A stretch of 62,589 nucleotides of DNA, the filler included, from Choristocarpus tenellus KU-1152 (Eukaryota; Protista; Phaeophyceae), in the NCBI GenBank assembly GCA_964200185.2. It is 11 parts of 11 records of this genome, joined end to end, with 100 filler letters (N's around TTAATTAATTAA, not from the genome) between each part and the next. Parts side by side here need not be neighbours in the genome. Positions count along the whole stretch, not along the records: positions 1 to 5,014 come from CAXNAD020012161.1; positions 5,115 to 9,916 come from CAXNAD020013007.1; positions 10,017 to 20,231 come from CAXNAD020003071.1; 8 more parts are not named here. One strand, written 5' to 3'. Position 1 is the stretch's first letter. Each line of letters starts with the position of its first letter. Positions 1-12,304 of the stretch are shown here, one piece after another. Under the pieces are notes generated by a model. The model had not been told where the DNA came from. It ran no database searches and saw only the letters and a program-made list of their open reading frames with translations. Made by a program: the position numbers and the translations under genes.

Positions 1-329
1 AGAAAGATTCTCCTTCAACTAATCACTAGTAAAAGGTTATGATAACTCAACCACTAATTGATTGTTCCGTTACTCTGTAACTGTCCGCGTAACTGTCCGA
101 TAGAGTTGGAAGAGTCTAGTCGAACAGACTCCCAAGGTGAGTTTGTGCACGGTATTGGATCAGGGGTCGATGTCGAAAGTGAAGATAGCGTAGATCTTGA
201 GATGGAATGGCAGGAGGAAAGTTTATCCCTAGACGTGGTGATGGGGAGTGATGGCGGACGTGAGGGAGAAGAGGAGGCTAAAGAAACGGACATGGGTGGC
301 ATCCCCTCGACCTCCGAAGATGCCCCCGT

Positions 330-3300
330 GAACGTGGATCCTGCTGGTGGCAAAGGGTATGTTTCATTTGCCAGGGAAGAAAATACGGACAACACTGAGG
401 GAGGTGATGGGGACAGTGGATACACCGTTCAGATATTCATCAAAGAAGAGGCGGATCTAGTTGGGGGTGGAACAAATGGTGAATTGTTGGGAGTTCTCAT
501 GGAGATTCAAACGTTGAACAGGAGGGAGACAATGAGGATGTTGACGTGCATTCCTACGGTCAAGTTGGTGGGTGGGCGGGCTGGCAGGCACCCCCACCTG
601 TAGTGGGCATATTACCTCCTGTGTATGGTAGGGAAAACAATGGATAGGAGGGCAGCAATGACAGCTTCGATCTCCATGCCATCAGTCGTGTCGACTGGAC
701 CAGATGGCAGGCACCTCACCGCGGTCCACTCGCCCCCTTGCCCTCTGTGAGAGAGGATCACACTTCGAACCTCGGTACTGCAATGCCATTCATTGACTGA
801 GGAAGCATGATGGAGGCACCATGAGAACAACATGCAAACGTTTTGGGAGATGTTACCCGTTCTGAACTCTGAAGTCGTTTTGATCGGCGAACTGAGGGAA
901 GAGGCATAGTTAGTGGAGTAAGACGTCGCCAGGCACAGTGATCACAAAGAGAACGGTGAGAACAATTTCTCACTTGTCCAGGTGTTTTCCCATCAAGCCC
1001 AAGTCCTCCGTGATGCTGCCCAGAGGAAAAGAGCAGTAGTGCTCAGAGGAAGGAGCACACTGTCTAGTTCAAGGTCTCATGGCCCACCCGCATTCCTGGG
1101 TCTGAGGTGAGTAGATCATGTAATATATACCAGTAGTCGTAAGGAAAATAATTGACCAAGAAACAGGCTCTAACCGTCTATAGGCAAAAATCAACACTAT
1201 ATCCAAAGGTTAGGCAGCACACATACACCTAAAACGAACGACATAGGCGTAACACCCAATTGTAATTAAATGCAAAATGAACCCTGCCTCGACAACACAC
1301 ATCCGACCTCTACTATGATAGGACAGGATGTCCACGGGAGGCATGATGTCCTGGATGGATGAGGGGAGGGGGTGACACACGACTACGAATTTCGAGAAGA
1401 TTGTAGCGCTTCCGACTCGTTGCAACCTCCGTTCCATATTACGGTCATATAAGACTGGTCCAGAACCAGGATCTCGGCTCTGCCTTAGGCTCTGTGCTGT
1501 ATTGTTATTGAAGAAGCTGGATATTTTGCACCTCGCCATTCTCCCATTTCACCTCATAGGGATAACTGAGTCGCTCCTCTCCCATTGGCTCCGTATGGTG
1601 GGGCTGGTATTTGGTGACGGTCCCTCGCATCCACTCCCCGTTCTTTCGAAAGTACAGTCCCCTGCCCTTGGCTCTTGAATGAGGTGTCTGAGTGAAAGTA
1701 TCTTAGAGGGTACGAGGTTTTCCCTGTTTGTCCATTTGGGGCTTGACTTCCCATGGAGTTTTTATGATATTTTGCCTACTCCAAAATGTTTCGGAGTAGG
1801 TAATATGTATATGTTATGAAATGGTGTGTCCAGAACAAGGATACTGACACTTCCTAACAAATACAACGGATAAAATTACATGGAAATCGGAACATTGGAT
1901 TTTGGCCCCCAAATGGAAGCGGCCCTACCCTCTAAGATACTTTGACTCGTCCCTTCCCCGTCCAAAACTGGCACAACCCTCAGTGATGGTTCGAGGAGGA
2001 TGTATGTCTCGGTATCCTTCTCCTCCTCTCTATGGTTCGCCTGTAGAGTCATCCATGCCCTGTGTTAGTTGGCACCCTGGGCTACAGTCTTATCGTGGTC
2101 CCTTTTTCCTTCTCCTTTAGTTGTTCGACCCCCTCCTCGATCTTGTCCTCCGTCATGAATGACCTCAGCCCAGGTGGCAAGGAGGTCTCGCCATGCACAC
2201 CTTGGTAACGCACAGAGTAGATACATGTCGAATAACCTAGTGTTATCCTTTTACGTTGTTTGGGCTGACACAAGTATAAAACATAGGTTATACGTACGTT
2301 TATAATTGATTAGGTATGATACAAAGTATGTATGTATATATAAAATATAATAAGTCAACATTAATCCACACGTCAGTGATGATGGATGGTTGACGGCCAA
2401 TTAATAATTCAGTGTGTGCTTTTCCATGTAATTCAACTGCTAGCTTCCGGCGACGAGCCTTACGTGCGCCAAGCTTCTCAACAATACATGGTCCGGAATC
2501 GTCTATGTCAACGTCGTGGACTTGTCCACGAACGATAGCATCTCCACTCCCGCATAGGATGAAAGTGGTGCCTCGGCCGAACTTGGCATTGGATGTGTCT
2601 CCACGTCTGTGTTGTCTTGAGAAGCGAACATGGATCCCGCCGAGGGATTACCGATTGGATTCCCCAGTGAATCTCTGGTATTGACCGTGGAGGATGGAGT
2701 AGGTATCGTCGAGATTGTTACGACGAAGGTGTGTGAATTCAGGGTTGACGATAGCCTGAAGGGGGATGACACGGGGACCCGGTTGAGCGGCCAGCAGATC
2801 AATCACGTTTATTGTGTTGATGGAGTTGGGGTGGCGGTTTAGACCTTGAAGACCATTGTGTGAGAGACAGACAGTGTTGATAGGGGATAATTGTTGTTTT
2901 GCGGAGTTTCGTGTCCATGGTAATATGAACCAAAAACGAATATTAACAATAACAAACTTGAAGGGAAAAAATTCTACACAGAATGATATCATTTATAATA
3001 TAACGTTCTAAAATTCTCCAACATATGTGATTTTATTGTTTCAAAATAATTGGATGTTGAAAATTTCTGAGGAGTGTATAGGATACGACGTTCCGTGTTC
3101 GAACTCTGGGGGAAGATATTGTTTTCACGGGGTTGCTGGATTTCTGGGTTCGACCCTTCGCTTAAAAAAAACATATCCCATTGGGGTGGATACCCTTACT
3201 TGCCTGGTGGGGGGGGTGCAGAGGCCTGTAGATATTCTGTGTCGGAACTGGGACACAACTCTCCAATACCATCTACAGCACTAAAGTGCTCCCTATCGTG

Positions 3301-3790
3301 GATGAATTCTGTGTGCTTAACTATGGAGGATCTGAGGGTGGCGATCTTGATGTTGTATCTCTTGGCCGTGTTGGACAGACTGGGTTGGTACGTGGAAGTC
3401 ATCCCGTCGTTGAGCACTTTAACATCGGGAGCGATTGCCGCGAGGATTGATTTGTAGGCCTGGCATGTGTGTTCTGTGTTAAGATCCTTCTTCAACAATT
3501 TGAGGAAGGTCCTGACCTGCATGTCGGTTGCAGATGCATATATCTCCTCGGACATTATCTCTCGCAGTGCCCTTGCCAATGGCGCGAACCTTTTATCCGT
3601 CCAAAAACTAAGCAGCAAGGTCCTTCCAAGTGTATCTGTCTCCTTCTCCCTCGTTCTGCTCACATTGGTCAACAAGCATGGAGCAGAATAGGTGGAGGAT
3701 TTTATCTGTCTTGGACTTCTTCCATGACCGGAGAGTGCTGCTATTGGTTAGTCTCCCAACCCCCCACTTCCTGAAAAGGGTAATAGAGGA
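330..3790 (-). pseudogene. Degenerate intron-containing coding sequence of an unidentified multicopy, transposon-like family (copy 1)
   Basis: Exon-like blocks (about 3775-3199 ending at a GTAAG donor, about 2843-2370, about 2205-1330, about 1105-340) with in-frame stops and frameshifts. DNA homology of 2220-2490 (rc) to 11045-11570; peptide motifs shared with 37600-39400. Confidence 0.45.
1690..1948 (+). mobile_element. MITE family A
   Basis: GAGTGAAAGTATCTTAGAGGGTA...TACCCTCTAAGATACTTTGACTC; flanks GTCT/GTCC. Confidence 0.9.
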
Positions 3791-4039
3791 GTGGAGAGAA
3801 GTAAGCTGTATGGGCGGGATACTGGATGAGATATGTAATTCAGAAGAGATGAGTAACATGTGTTTGTTATTGCGTCCAATGCATGGGAACTATTAAAAAA
3901 AAATTATCGTGTCATTGATGAATGCATAGAGTATGCTCTCTACCCACAAAAATGTTTGAGGTAGAAGTGCGTATAGACGTGCTACAATTTCCTCTAGTTC
4001 AATCGTCTGGAGAAAAGGATGTGTGTATAGGGATTGTTT

Positions 4040-4240
4040 TTGATGAGAAGCAAATGACGTCTGGTCTGTTGAATTGTTATTTTTTTAGTGTCGGCCGACG
4101 TTTGAGAAAAAATGTGCATTGGGTGCGTGTTTGACGAAAAACAACTAAGTTTGGTCTGTTGGACTGTTACTTTTAAAGTGTCGACTGACGTTTGAGAAAA
4201 AATGTGCATTGGGTGCGTGTTTGACGAGAAACAAACAACA
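4040..4240. repeat. Tandem repeat, 90-bp period, about 2.2 copies
   Basis: GACGTTTGAGAAAAAATGTGCATTGGGTGCGTGTTTGACG recurs 90 nt apart (AATGTGCATT at 4111 and 4201). Confidence 0.85.
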
Positions 4241-5014
4241 TATGGTTTCCCAATGAACTCTTCAAGCTAATGAATTTTGTTGTGTCCCTCATAGAAAAAG
4301 GTTGAGTGTGTTTGAATCAGGGTAATGGATATTTGCTGTGGGGGATTAGTGATAGGGTATTGTTCAAAGGAATGGACCCTGACCGTACGGATTTGCTATA
4401 ATATGTGAGGCTTTAATGATGACGATATACGGCGTGTCGTCGTCATTCTTTAAAAAATATATTGGCTCAATGTCCTATAGTACGGTGCGGAAATTCTTCT
4501 CTTGTTTGGTACGGATCATTGACGAACTATTCCTGCATTTTCTAGTGGACACCAAATTGAATGGGAGTATGGGAAGTGGTGATGGGGGGTGAGTCATACC
4601 TTTTCGGCATTGGGGGATGTGTGGGACTTTTCGCGAGAATCTTTTACACGCGCGCTAAACTCGCGTAAATATCTCTGGGATTTTGTGCCAAATCGCCCGA
4701 ATACAAGAATTCCGGTACAAGAGTCTATTTTTCTTAGCATGTCGAAAAAAGCGGTACAACATTGCATATTTTTTCGATTTGGTTCATAATAGTTGGCATA
4801 AAATCGGAGTAGGTACTGTACCCATACATTTATCTTCCGAAAAGCAGTGAGTGGTTGGGATGGGTTTAGGAAGTGTTTGAAAGGACGCATTAGTATTCGG
4901 CGAAATTTGATATTTAATAAACACATCTGCAAAATGTGAGAGGGCATAAAACAGTGGATTTTCAAAATTGAGGATGGAGCGGGACCATGAGGATGGTTGT
5001 TTTGCGAAAACGGT

Positions 5015-5114
5015 NNNNNNNNNNNNNNNNNNNNNNNNNNNNNNNNNNNNNNNNNNNNTTAATTAATTAANNNNNNNNNNNNNNNNNNNNNNNNNNNNNN
5101 NNNNNNNNNNNNNN
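5015..5114. other. Artificial contig linker (44N + TTAATTAATTAA + 44N); same linker at 9917-10016, 20232-20331, 28823-28922, 36349-36448, 42623-42722, 45305-45404, 49890-49989, 53018-53117, 56900-56999
   Basis: Ten identical 100-nt spacers whose core gives stop codons in all six frames. Confidence 0.97.
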
Positions 5115-5128
5115 GCTGTAGCGGGAGG

Positions 5129-5307
5129 GTGGGGGGGGGGGGGGGGGGGGGGGGGGGAATACACCAGGGTGTCCATTTGGGCCAAATTCAGGAAAAGTGT
5201 AGTTACATTATCCATCTGACATATGCAACCAAATCACCAAAAAATCGCGACATGAAAAAATTGACCCCAACTGGACAGTCGCCGCCCCCCCCCAGATGCT
5301 TTAAGCC
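5129..5307 (-). mobile_element. MITE family B (reverse orientation, one end lost in G-run/gap)
   Basis: Reverse complement of the 47937-48111 copy; ends CCCAGATGCTTTAAGCC. Confidence 0.85.
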
Positions 5308-5578
5308 AGTATCAGGAGTGGAACAATTCAATAAACACAATCAGTCTGGCATGCTGCTTGCAGCATATTCTGGAGAATGGGCACAAAACATTGCACACAC
5401 ACAGGGTGTCCAACTAATTTTATTAAGCGTGTTCCTATACTGTCACTTTCAGAGTTTTCTTTAAGGTTAAGAAAGGGTTCTAAGGGATACTATTCCTGAA
5501 CAACTATCTGGAGATGCATCTGTAACTATCCCACTACAACTGAGCACTCCAAGGGTGTGAATGACACTTTTCGTTCAC

Positions 5579-8500
5579 CTGTCCTCCATGAGAGGATTGA
5601 TATTCCTCAATGATTTTCCGTCGAACAACTCCCTCCTCTATTTTAAGCCACTCTTGCTCTCCTGCCTCGTTCAATGGCATCACCCAAGAAGTGTTGGTGG
5701 TGGGGTAGTTTGTGTGCACTGGACACAAGACAACACAGGAGTCTTTGGGTACAGAGTGTTATGCATCCTTCAAAGTGGTTGAGTCAAAGAATTTAAGAGG
5801 GTAGGAGCTTTGCCCTGTTTGTTCGTTCGGGGCTTGGCTTCTCATGCGTTTTTTATGCCCATTTTCGGTTTTCTATGTAAACACAGTTACCTAAAATGTA
5901 TACGACTATGAAAGGTGTGTCTGGAGCAAGGACATTCACACTTGCTAACAGCACGATACCAAAATCCATCAAAATCACAATGTTGGATTTATATCCAAAA
6001 TGGACACAGCCCTACCTTCTTCAATGCTTTGGGTCGGTTGAGAGTCCTTACTGCTCCCTTTGTATACTGAGGTCTTTGAAATATTTAAGATCACACTTAC
6101 TAGATCTCGAGAGTCTATCCATTGCAGTACTTCCTTGGGAAGAACAAATGTCGAATAAATGTGAGGAAAAGTGCAGCAGAAAATAATGTATTAAGATAAT
6201 ATACATGGAAGTACGAGCAATCAGTTGCTGATGGCTATTTCATCCGGTAGCACATCAATTCGAAATGTTTCGAGAAAAATAATATCCCTAAAAGAGCTCT
6301 TAAAATCAGGGTTGACTTTAGTCTCATCCATTCAGAATGTACCATACTTCAGTCATCATTCCAAGGAATAGGCCTCCCAGACGTTTCTCTCATTGATTTT
6401 CAAGAAATTCATTTTCATTGAATAAACTAACGCAAAGTTGCCAATGATGAATCGCTTTGTGCAGATCAATGAACCATTTACTAATATTTCTTGAACCTGG
6501 AATACAAATTCCGAAGTAGAATAGGGTTCTGTGGGCCTACAGTGTGATTACTGACCAGGCCTTCTATTTTTTTGTTTCATATATCTCACTCAACGCTAAA
6601 GATGCCAACCTCCACAACCCCAGAGAAATTTAAAAATAACTACATCCTTTTTTTTTTGTTCTCTGTATAGGACCCATAAATCGCCTTTAGACTGATTGTT
6701 CCTCTAAGAAAGATTAGAAGCTTATTGCAGGCTGTGGTAGTATACATGGCGTTGTCGTCAAACTATATGTCATGATGAAGTGAATTGTTTTCAACTTTCT
6801 GCACTATATTTGTAAGCGTTGATGCGCTGAAGAGAAGAAATATGTTGGCAGTACCCATGCATGCCCTGAAAGAGCGTATCATGGCAGTATGCGCCCAACC
6901 ATAAAGGTTGCTTTCTTCTTCCAATGTTGTGGAAGTGACCAAAAATTGTTCGAATTGGTACAGATTCATCTGTCAGTGAGTACCCTTAGACTGCAGAAAA
7001 AGGTATAACAATGAACCCCTCAATATCGTCTCTCCACCCATGAATCTGTCTCTCACCGATGGAGGAGGCATCAATGACTACCTATTGCTGAATCATCAGA
7101 ATAAATAGATCCTTAAGCACTCTTTGCTTCATACTCAGGTACCATTTATTGCATTGCCTGGAATACTTTGTCTAAAATATATACTTAAGCAAAACCAGTG
7201 TGTTGATATGAAGCTCATTGGTTTGACCCAAGAATTCTGACAAACGGGATGCTAGAGAAGAGAGAGATAGTGGAAGTTAGGGGTGCAATGCAAAAATGTT
7301 CTGTTGCAGCAAACAAGTTACCTCTGCACGGGTAGGAAAACAATAGCCTAATCCATTACAAGCCTCAACATCAAGATTTAATCTGTGCAAAATCGAAATC
7401 TTCATTATCAGCGGAACTAAGTCCCATAAAGCTGGAAGAGTGCCATTTAAAACTTGCCAAATCTACCAACTTTTCTCTTTACTTCTCTAATACAAAATAG
7501 TGGTCACAAGTGCAATGTATATATATACACAGCACATTAATATATTGATGTGAACTTCAAGAAAAAAATATCCCAGTGCTCTAGCCCAATAAAACTTGTC
7601 TTGACTACAAGGCACAATACTTCTCTTTCTTGGCATTAGGAGTTTCTGGTGTCAGTTACTGCACCTAAGAAATGTTTTTGCATTGCCTCCTGCAGTTGAA
7701 AAGCAGGAAAGAAAAGCAGGGGGAAGGCCTTGTCCATAGCCCGGAACTCGCTGAAGTCAATGAATCCGTCGCAGTTCCTGACGAAGATACAAAGAGTGGG
7801 TTACATATATACCGTTCTAGACTCTTGGTGGATGCGCATGTCTGTATCTATGACAACAGACACAAAAGGGTTAGGTGGCAGATCTCCAATATGCTGGTTA
7901 CATTTTTTCTGGAATAAAGTTGCGCCCTTTCAAGTGTCCTAGTGGCTTAGTGGTTGAGGAACCTGTTCCCTGTATAAATTCCATGGGTTTGAATCCCATC
8001 AATGCCCAACTTAATTTAATGGAAATCTGATTTGGATTGTCCATATTCCACGCGACACGCACACAGTTTGTACATTGTACTGTTCTCTCTGCTATTTTAC
8101 CACAATATTGCCAAACTATCATCGAGATGGCAACATTGAGGTGAGTCCAGAAAAAGATTCAAAGGAGATTGTGGAGCGACTAGCTTGACTAGCTTTGGTA
8201 GTGTTAAAACCACTACAAGAGATCCAAGGCAGGAATGGAGGCAGTACAATTATTCCTAGTGCAGCAGGTAGTCAGTTTGAGAAGCAGTGCAGTATGCAAT
8301 GACTCTTGACATTGGGTTGGGACAATCCCCAGACCATAGTGAAGGCAACAATAATGATATGTACTCCAGAGAAATAGCTCTTTCTGAGAGCTGAGAGCGC
8401 CAATGCATGGAGTTGGGCTAAGACAAGCTCAACAGTGGAAAACGTGTGTTCAGGCCGATTTAGCCTGGTCACATGCATGGAGTAAAGCTTACGACAAGTG

Positions 8501-9489
8501 CAATGATGGAAAACATGAGTTCACAAAAAAAAATCAAGAAAAATATAGTCCTTATGATGCGTCTTGACACATTAAGCAGTTGCAAAAAGTTTGACTCTTG
8601 TATCAAAATATAATACATGAAACTACACCGCGTATATACATGTATATTTCATCACTGGGGTATGCAATGAACTGTTGGACATATGTTGCAGAGTGATATT
8701 AACAGGTTTGCAGTTTTTCTCTATGCATCATTTATATACAGAAATGTTATAAACGTTGAGGATGACTTAGCATCAACTACATGCTGGAGCTGGGCACTAT
8801 AGCTCAAAAAAATGGGAAATAATGTTTTCGGACATACAAAGCACAATCTTGCTCCTGTTCTGAATCAAGGAAAAGTATTTGCCTCTGAGAAAAGGAAGCA
8901 TCAAATCATATATCCAAGTGGCCCATATCACTGATATGGAAGGAAGGGGGAACAAATTTGTGGAGAGGGAAAGTGTCTTAGAGGGTACGAGTATTGCCCT
9001 GTTTATTCGTTTGGGGCTTGGCTTCCAACTGATTTTTCTTATTGACATTTTACCTACTCTGAAATATTTTGGAGTAGGTAAAATGTATACGTTATAAAAA
9101 GGTGTGTTGGGAACAAGGAGAATAACCCTTCCTAACAAACACGATGGCCTACATCCAAATCGCAATATTGGATTTGGCCCCCAAGTGGACACGGCTCTAC
9201 CCTCTAAAATACTTTGACTCTAGAGATAATTGTGTTGGGGGTGAGTCAGTTATTGAGGGGGTTGTGTACATTTACATGTGGTTTTCCGCATTTAGATGCA
9301 TGGAAGAACAATTGGTAGAGGCTTTAGATGAAAATCCCAGAAGGACAACTCACGCGTCAAATTCTTGTAGGGCCTTGGCGAAATTTCCAGGAAAGAGGGG
9401 AGCTGAGTTATTTACATCCTTGACCAGCTGCTTCAACTCACGCATATCGATTGCACCATTGTCATCTTCGTCATATCGATTGAAGATAA
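5579..9489 (-). CDS. EF-hand calcium-binding protein (calcineurin-B/recoverin-like), partial; exons 9489-9354, 7777-7665, 5661-5579
   Basis: Phase-consistent GT-AG splicing gives IFNRYDEDDNGAIDMRELKQLV...EFDANCDGFIDFSEFRAMDKAFPLLFFPAFQLQEAMQKHFLGEQEWLKIEE; two canonical DxDxxG-ID EF loops. Confidence 0.85.
5781..6035 (+). mobile_element. MITE family A (A2 variant), intronic
   Basis: TIRs; exact 4-bp TSD GGTT. Confidence 0.88.
8965..9220 (+). mobile_element. MITE family A, intronic
   Basis: TIRs; flanks TGGA/TAGA. Confidence 0.88.
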
Positions 9490-9498
9490 CTGTGGGAA

Positions 9499-9519
9499 GG
9501 GTTAGGGTTAGGGTTAGGG
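9499..9519 (-). repeat. Interstitial telomere-like (CCCTAA)3.5 immediately upstream of a splice acceptor
   Basis: GGGTTAGGGTTAGGGTTAGGG on +; minus strand reads ccctaaccctaaccctaacccttcccacAG|exon. Confidence 0.8.
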
Positions 9520-9704
9520 AAATACTCTGATTGTTGCTAAGTTAGGAATCTTGAGCAGGGTATTCTTGTTATCAACCTCATTGTATTACCAGTCAAGATA
9601 AACATATAATGAGGGTGTAATCCTTCTGGCAATATAGACTTTTCAATATGAAAGGAAAGAAGCCGTTTCAGAGATTGGGGACATTGCTTTTGTGGTGTAA
9701 GTAG

Positions 9705-9916
9705 AAGGGCTATTCCTTGACAGAAACACATTCCATGATATGTCATATTGCAAACTGTGTAGTGTAAAGGTGGATATATATCTTAGCTTGAGTCAGAGAC
9801 ATTGCTCAAGTTCAATAAGGGCTATTCCTTGACAGAAACACATTCCGTGATATGTCATATTGCAAACTGTGTAGTGTAAAGGTGGATATATATCTTAGCT
9901 TGAGTCAGAGACATTG
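9705..9916. repeat. Near-perfect tandem duplication (about 112 bp) at contig end
   Basis: AAGGGCTATTCCTTGACAGAAACAC...GAGTCAGAGACATTG twice, one mismatch seen. Confidence 0.8.
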
Positions 9917-10016
9917 NNNNNNNNNNNNNNNNNNNNNNNNNNNNNNNNNNNNNNNNNNNNTTAATTAATTAANNNNNNNNNNNNNNNNNNNNNNNNNNNN
10001 NNNNNNNNNNNNNNNN

Positions 10017-10104
10017 ATAGATAATGTAAGTTCACTCCTCCATGTCAGGGCCCAAATGGACAACCTGGTGTAGAACCCCCCCCCCCCGCCAGATACTTTG
10101 AGTC
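10017..10104 (+). mobile_element. MITE family B, right half at contig start
   Basis: CCCAAATGGACAACCTGGTGTAGAA-C-run-AGATACTTTGAGTC. Confidence 0.85.
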
Positions 10105-10289
10105 TGTTTTCCACAAAACCTATAAAAGCGATCACCAGAGTAGGCCAAGAGTATGCAACAGGGAGGGGCCAATATAACTGAAAAAGGACACGGGTGCATA
10201 CTATGTCACCTCTCTCGATCTTGTACCATGCCCACTGAAGAATTGGTGGTATACTCGTACCCTGTTGTGGATGGGTGTGGGTTACATAC

Positions 10290-10524
10290 GAGTGAAAGTA
10301 TCTTAGAGGGTACGAGTTTTGCCCTGTTTGTCCATGAGGGACTTGTCTTCTCACTTTTTTTTATTTCTCGGAGTAGGTCAAATGTGTATGTTGTGCAAAG
10401 GAGTGTCCGGAACTAGGATATCGATATTTCCTTACAAACATTATAGCCAAGATGACATCAAAATTGCAACATTGGAATTTGACCACAAATGGACGCGGCT
10501 CTACCCTCTAAGATACTTTGACTC
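10290..10524 (+). mobile_element. MITE family A
   Basis: TIRs; 3-bp TSD TAC. Confidence 0.9.
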
Positions 10525-11082
10525 TACCTCCCACATATGAGAAAGGGAACCACAGAGGAACAGAGATTCCCTCAAGATGCACAAACATATCGAGTAAGTA
10601 ATCCCCATTCCGCAACAGTTGTTGCTCCCCCTTGTTCCCTTTCGTTCGTGTTGGGTGTTGTTGATCGCTAATGCCATTTCTCCATCTCATTTTGGCAATC
10701 TGCACAGGCCACATCGTCCGCAAACGTTGCCATGTGCGTCCACTGCAGGGACTGTTATGGCATCGTTAACCATCACAAAATTACTCTCCAAAGAAAATGA
10801 CTGAACTGGACGAATAACTGCACCAAGGATATTCCATTATCTGGAGTGGGAACTGTTGTGCACATAGAGTGGTGGAAGTGTTCCAGTCGCTAGGGAGGCA
10901 GAGTATTGTAAGCTTGTGGGTTCTACGGCTGGCTGAAGAAATATTACCATGCGCATAGAATGCATGGATATGGAACCCACTGCATTGTCAGGAAGATGGA
11001 AAAGATTCCCTTTGCGTTTTTGGTTCCCTAACAGGAAGTTCTCTACTACTGTTGAGAAGCTTGGCGCATTTAAGGCTCGTCA

Positions 11083-11340
11083 GAGTGAAAGCATCGTAGA
11101 GGGTACGAGGTTTTCCCTTTTTGTCCATTTGGGGCTTGGTTTCTTTTGGGGGTTTTATGACATTTTTCTCATCCAAAATATCTCGGGGTAGGTAAAATGT
11201 ATACATTTTGAAAAGGTGTCTTCGGAACAAGGATATTGACACTTCCTAACAAACACGATAGTCAAATTTACATCAAAATCGCAACATTGGATTTTGGTCC
11301 CCAAATGGACGCGGCTATACCCTGTAAGATACTTTGGCTC
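11083..11340 (+). mobile_element. MITE family A with a paralogous empty site
   Basis: TIRs; 3-bp TSD TCA; uninterrupted paralogous site at about 2441-2465 (rc). Confidence 0.92.
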
Positions 11341-12042
11341 TCACCGAAAGCTAGAAGCTGAATTACATGGTAAAACATATACGGAATCTTTAACTATCGA
11401 CTTAGCCATCAATAATCTCTGACGTATGACCAAAGACTGACCCATCATACCGCTATGCACACTACTATTTTGTATTGTACCAAACTAAAGATAAACGCAC
11501 ATGAAACCTATGTTATATACTTGTTTCAGCACAGATAACGTAAGGATAACACTAGGTTATTAGACAACTACTTCCTGAAATGATACACAATAGGTTTAGG
11601 ATATTTTATTCCTTTAGGGCTAATAACGACATGTATATATATAGTTTTAATTGGTTTCCCCCCTGACACATCTGCGAGGGCATAATAATAAAATTACACA
11701 ATAGTATGGCGTGTGTGCGCCCTTCCTCCATCAAACAGTCTTGAGGATTATGTTCTACGTGACGAACAACACGACAACTGCAGTGCCATTAATCACTCAT
11801 CACACAGTTTGTTGAAACACGGACAGGTGATCAGTAAACCATGGCAGTGAATACAATGCCACATGTTGGTCAAAACGTACGATTTGGTAACATGCGGTAG
11901 AGGATCAGTGTACGCAAAATTGATATTCCCCCCTGTCCACAAACAAAGCGACACCATAATTTGTCAAAAGGTCTTTCTGGAATTGTGCGAAATGGTATCC
12001 TCCTGGCCCTTCTTGGGATCCTTAACGTGCAACCATGCTTAC

Positions 12043-12304
12043 GAGTGAAAGTATCTTAGAGGGTAGGAGTTTTGCCCTGTTTGTCCGTTTGGGGCTTGGC
12101 TTCCCTCGGGATTTTTTTTATGTCATTCTACCTACTCTGAAATATTTCGGAGTAGGTAGAATGTGTATGTTATGAAAGGGTGTGTCCGGAACAAGGATAT
12201 TGACACTTCCTGTCAAGCACGATAGTCAATATCACATCCATATCACAACATTGGGTTTTGGTCCCCAAAAGGACACGGCTCTACCCTCTAAGACGCTTTG
12301 AACC
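12043..12304 (+). mobile_element. MITE family A
   Basis: TIRs; exact 4-bp TSD TTAC. Confidence 0.9.

Noticed and set aside
960-1030. GGLGL as the end of a LINE reverse transcriptase
   Set aside because: No YADD-type or other RT motif found upstream
5015-5114. Regularly recurring TTAATTAATTAA palindrome
   Set aside because: Synthetic six-frame-stop linker embedded in Ns; not biological
9705-9916. Recent tandem duplication as a biological event
   Set aside because: Abuts a contig end; may be an assembly overlap
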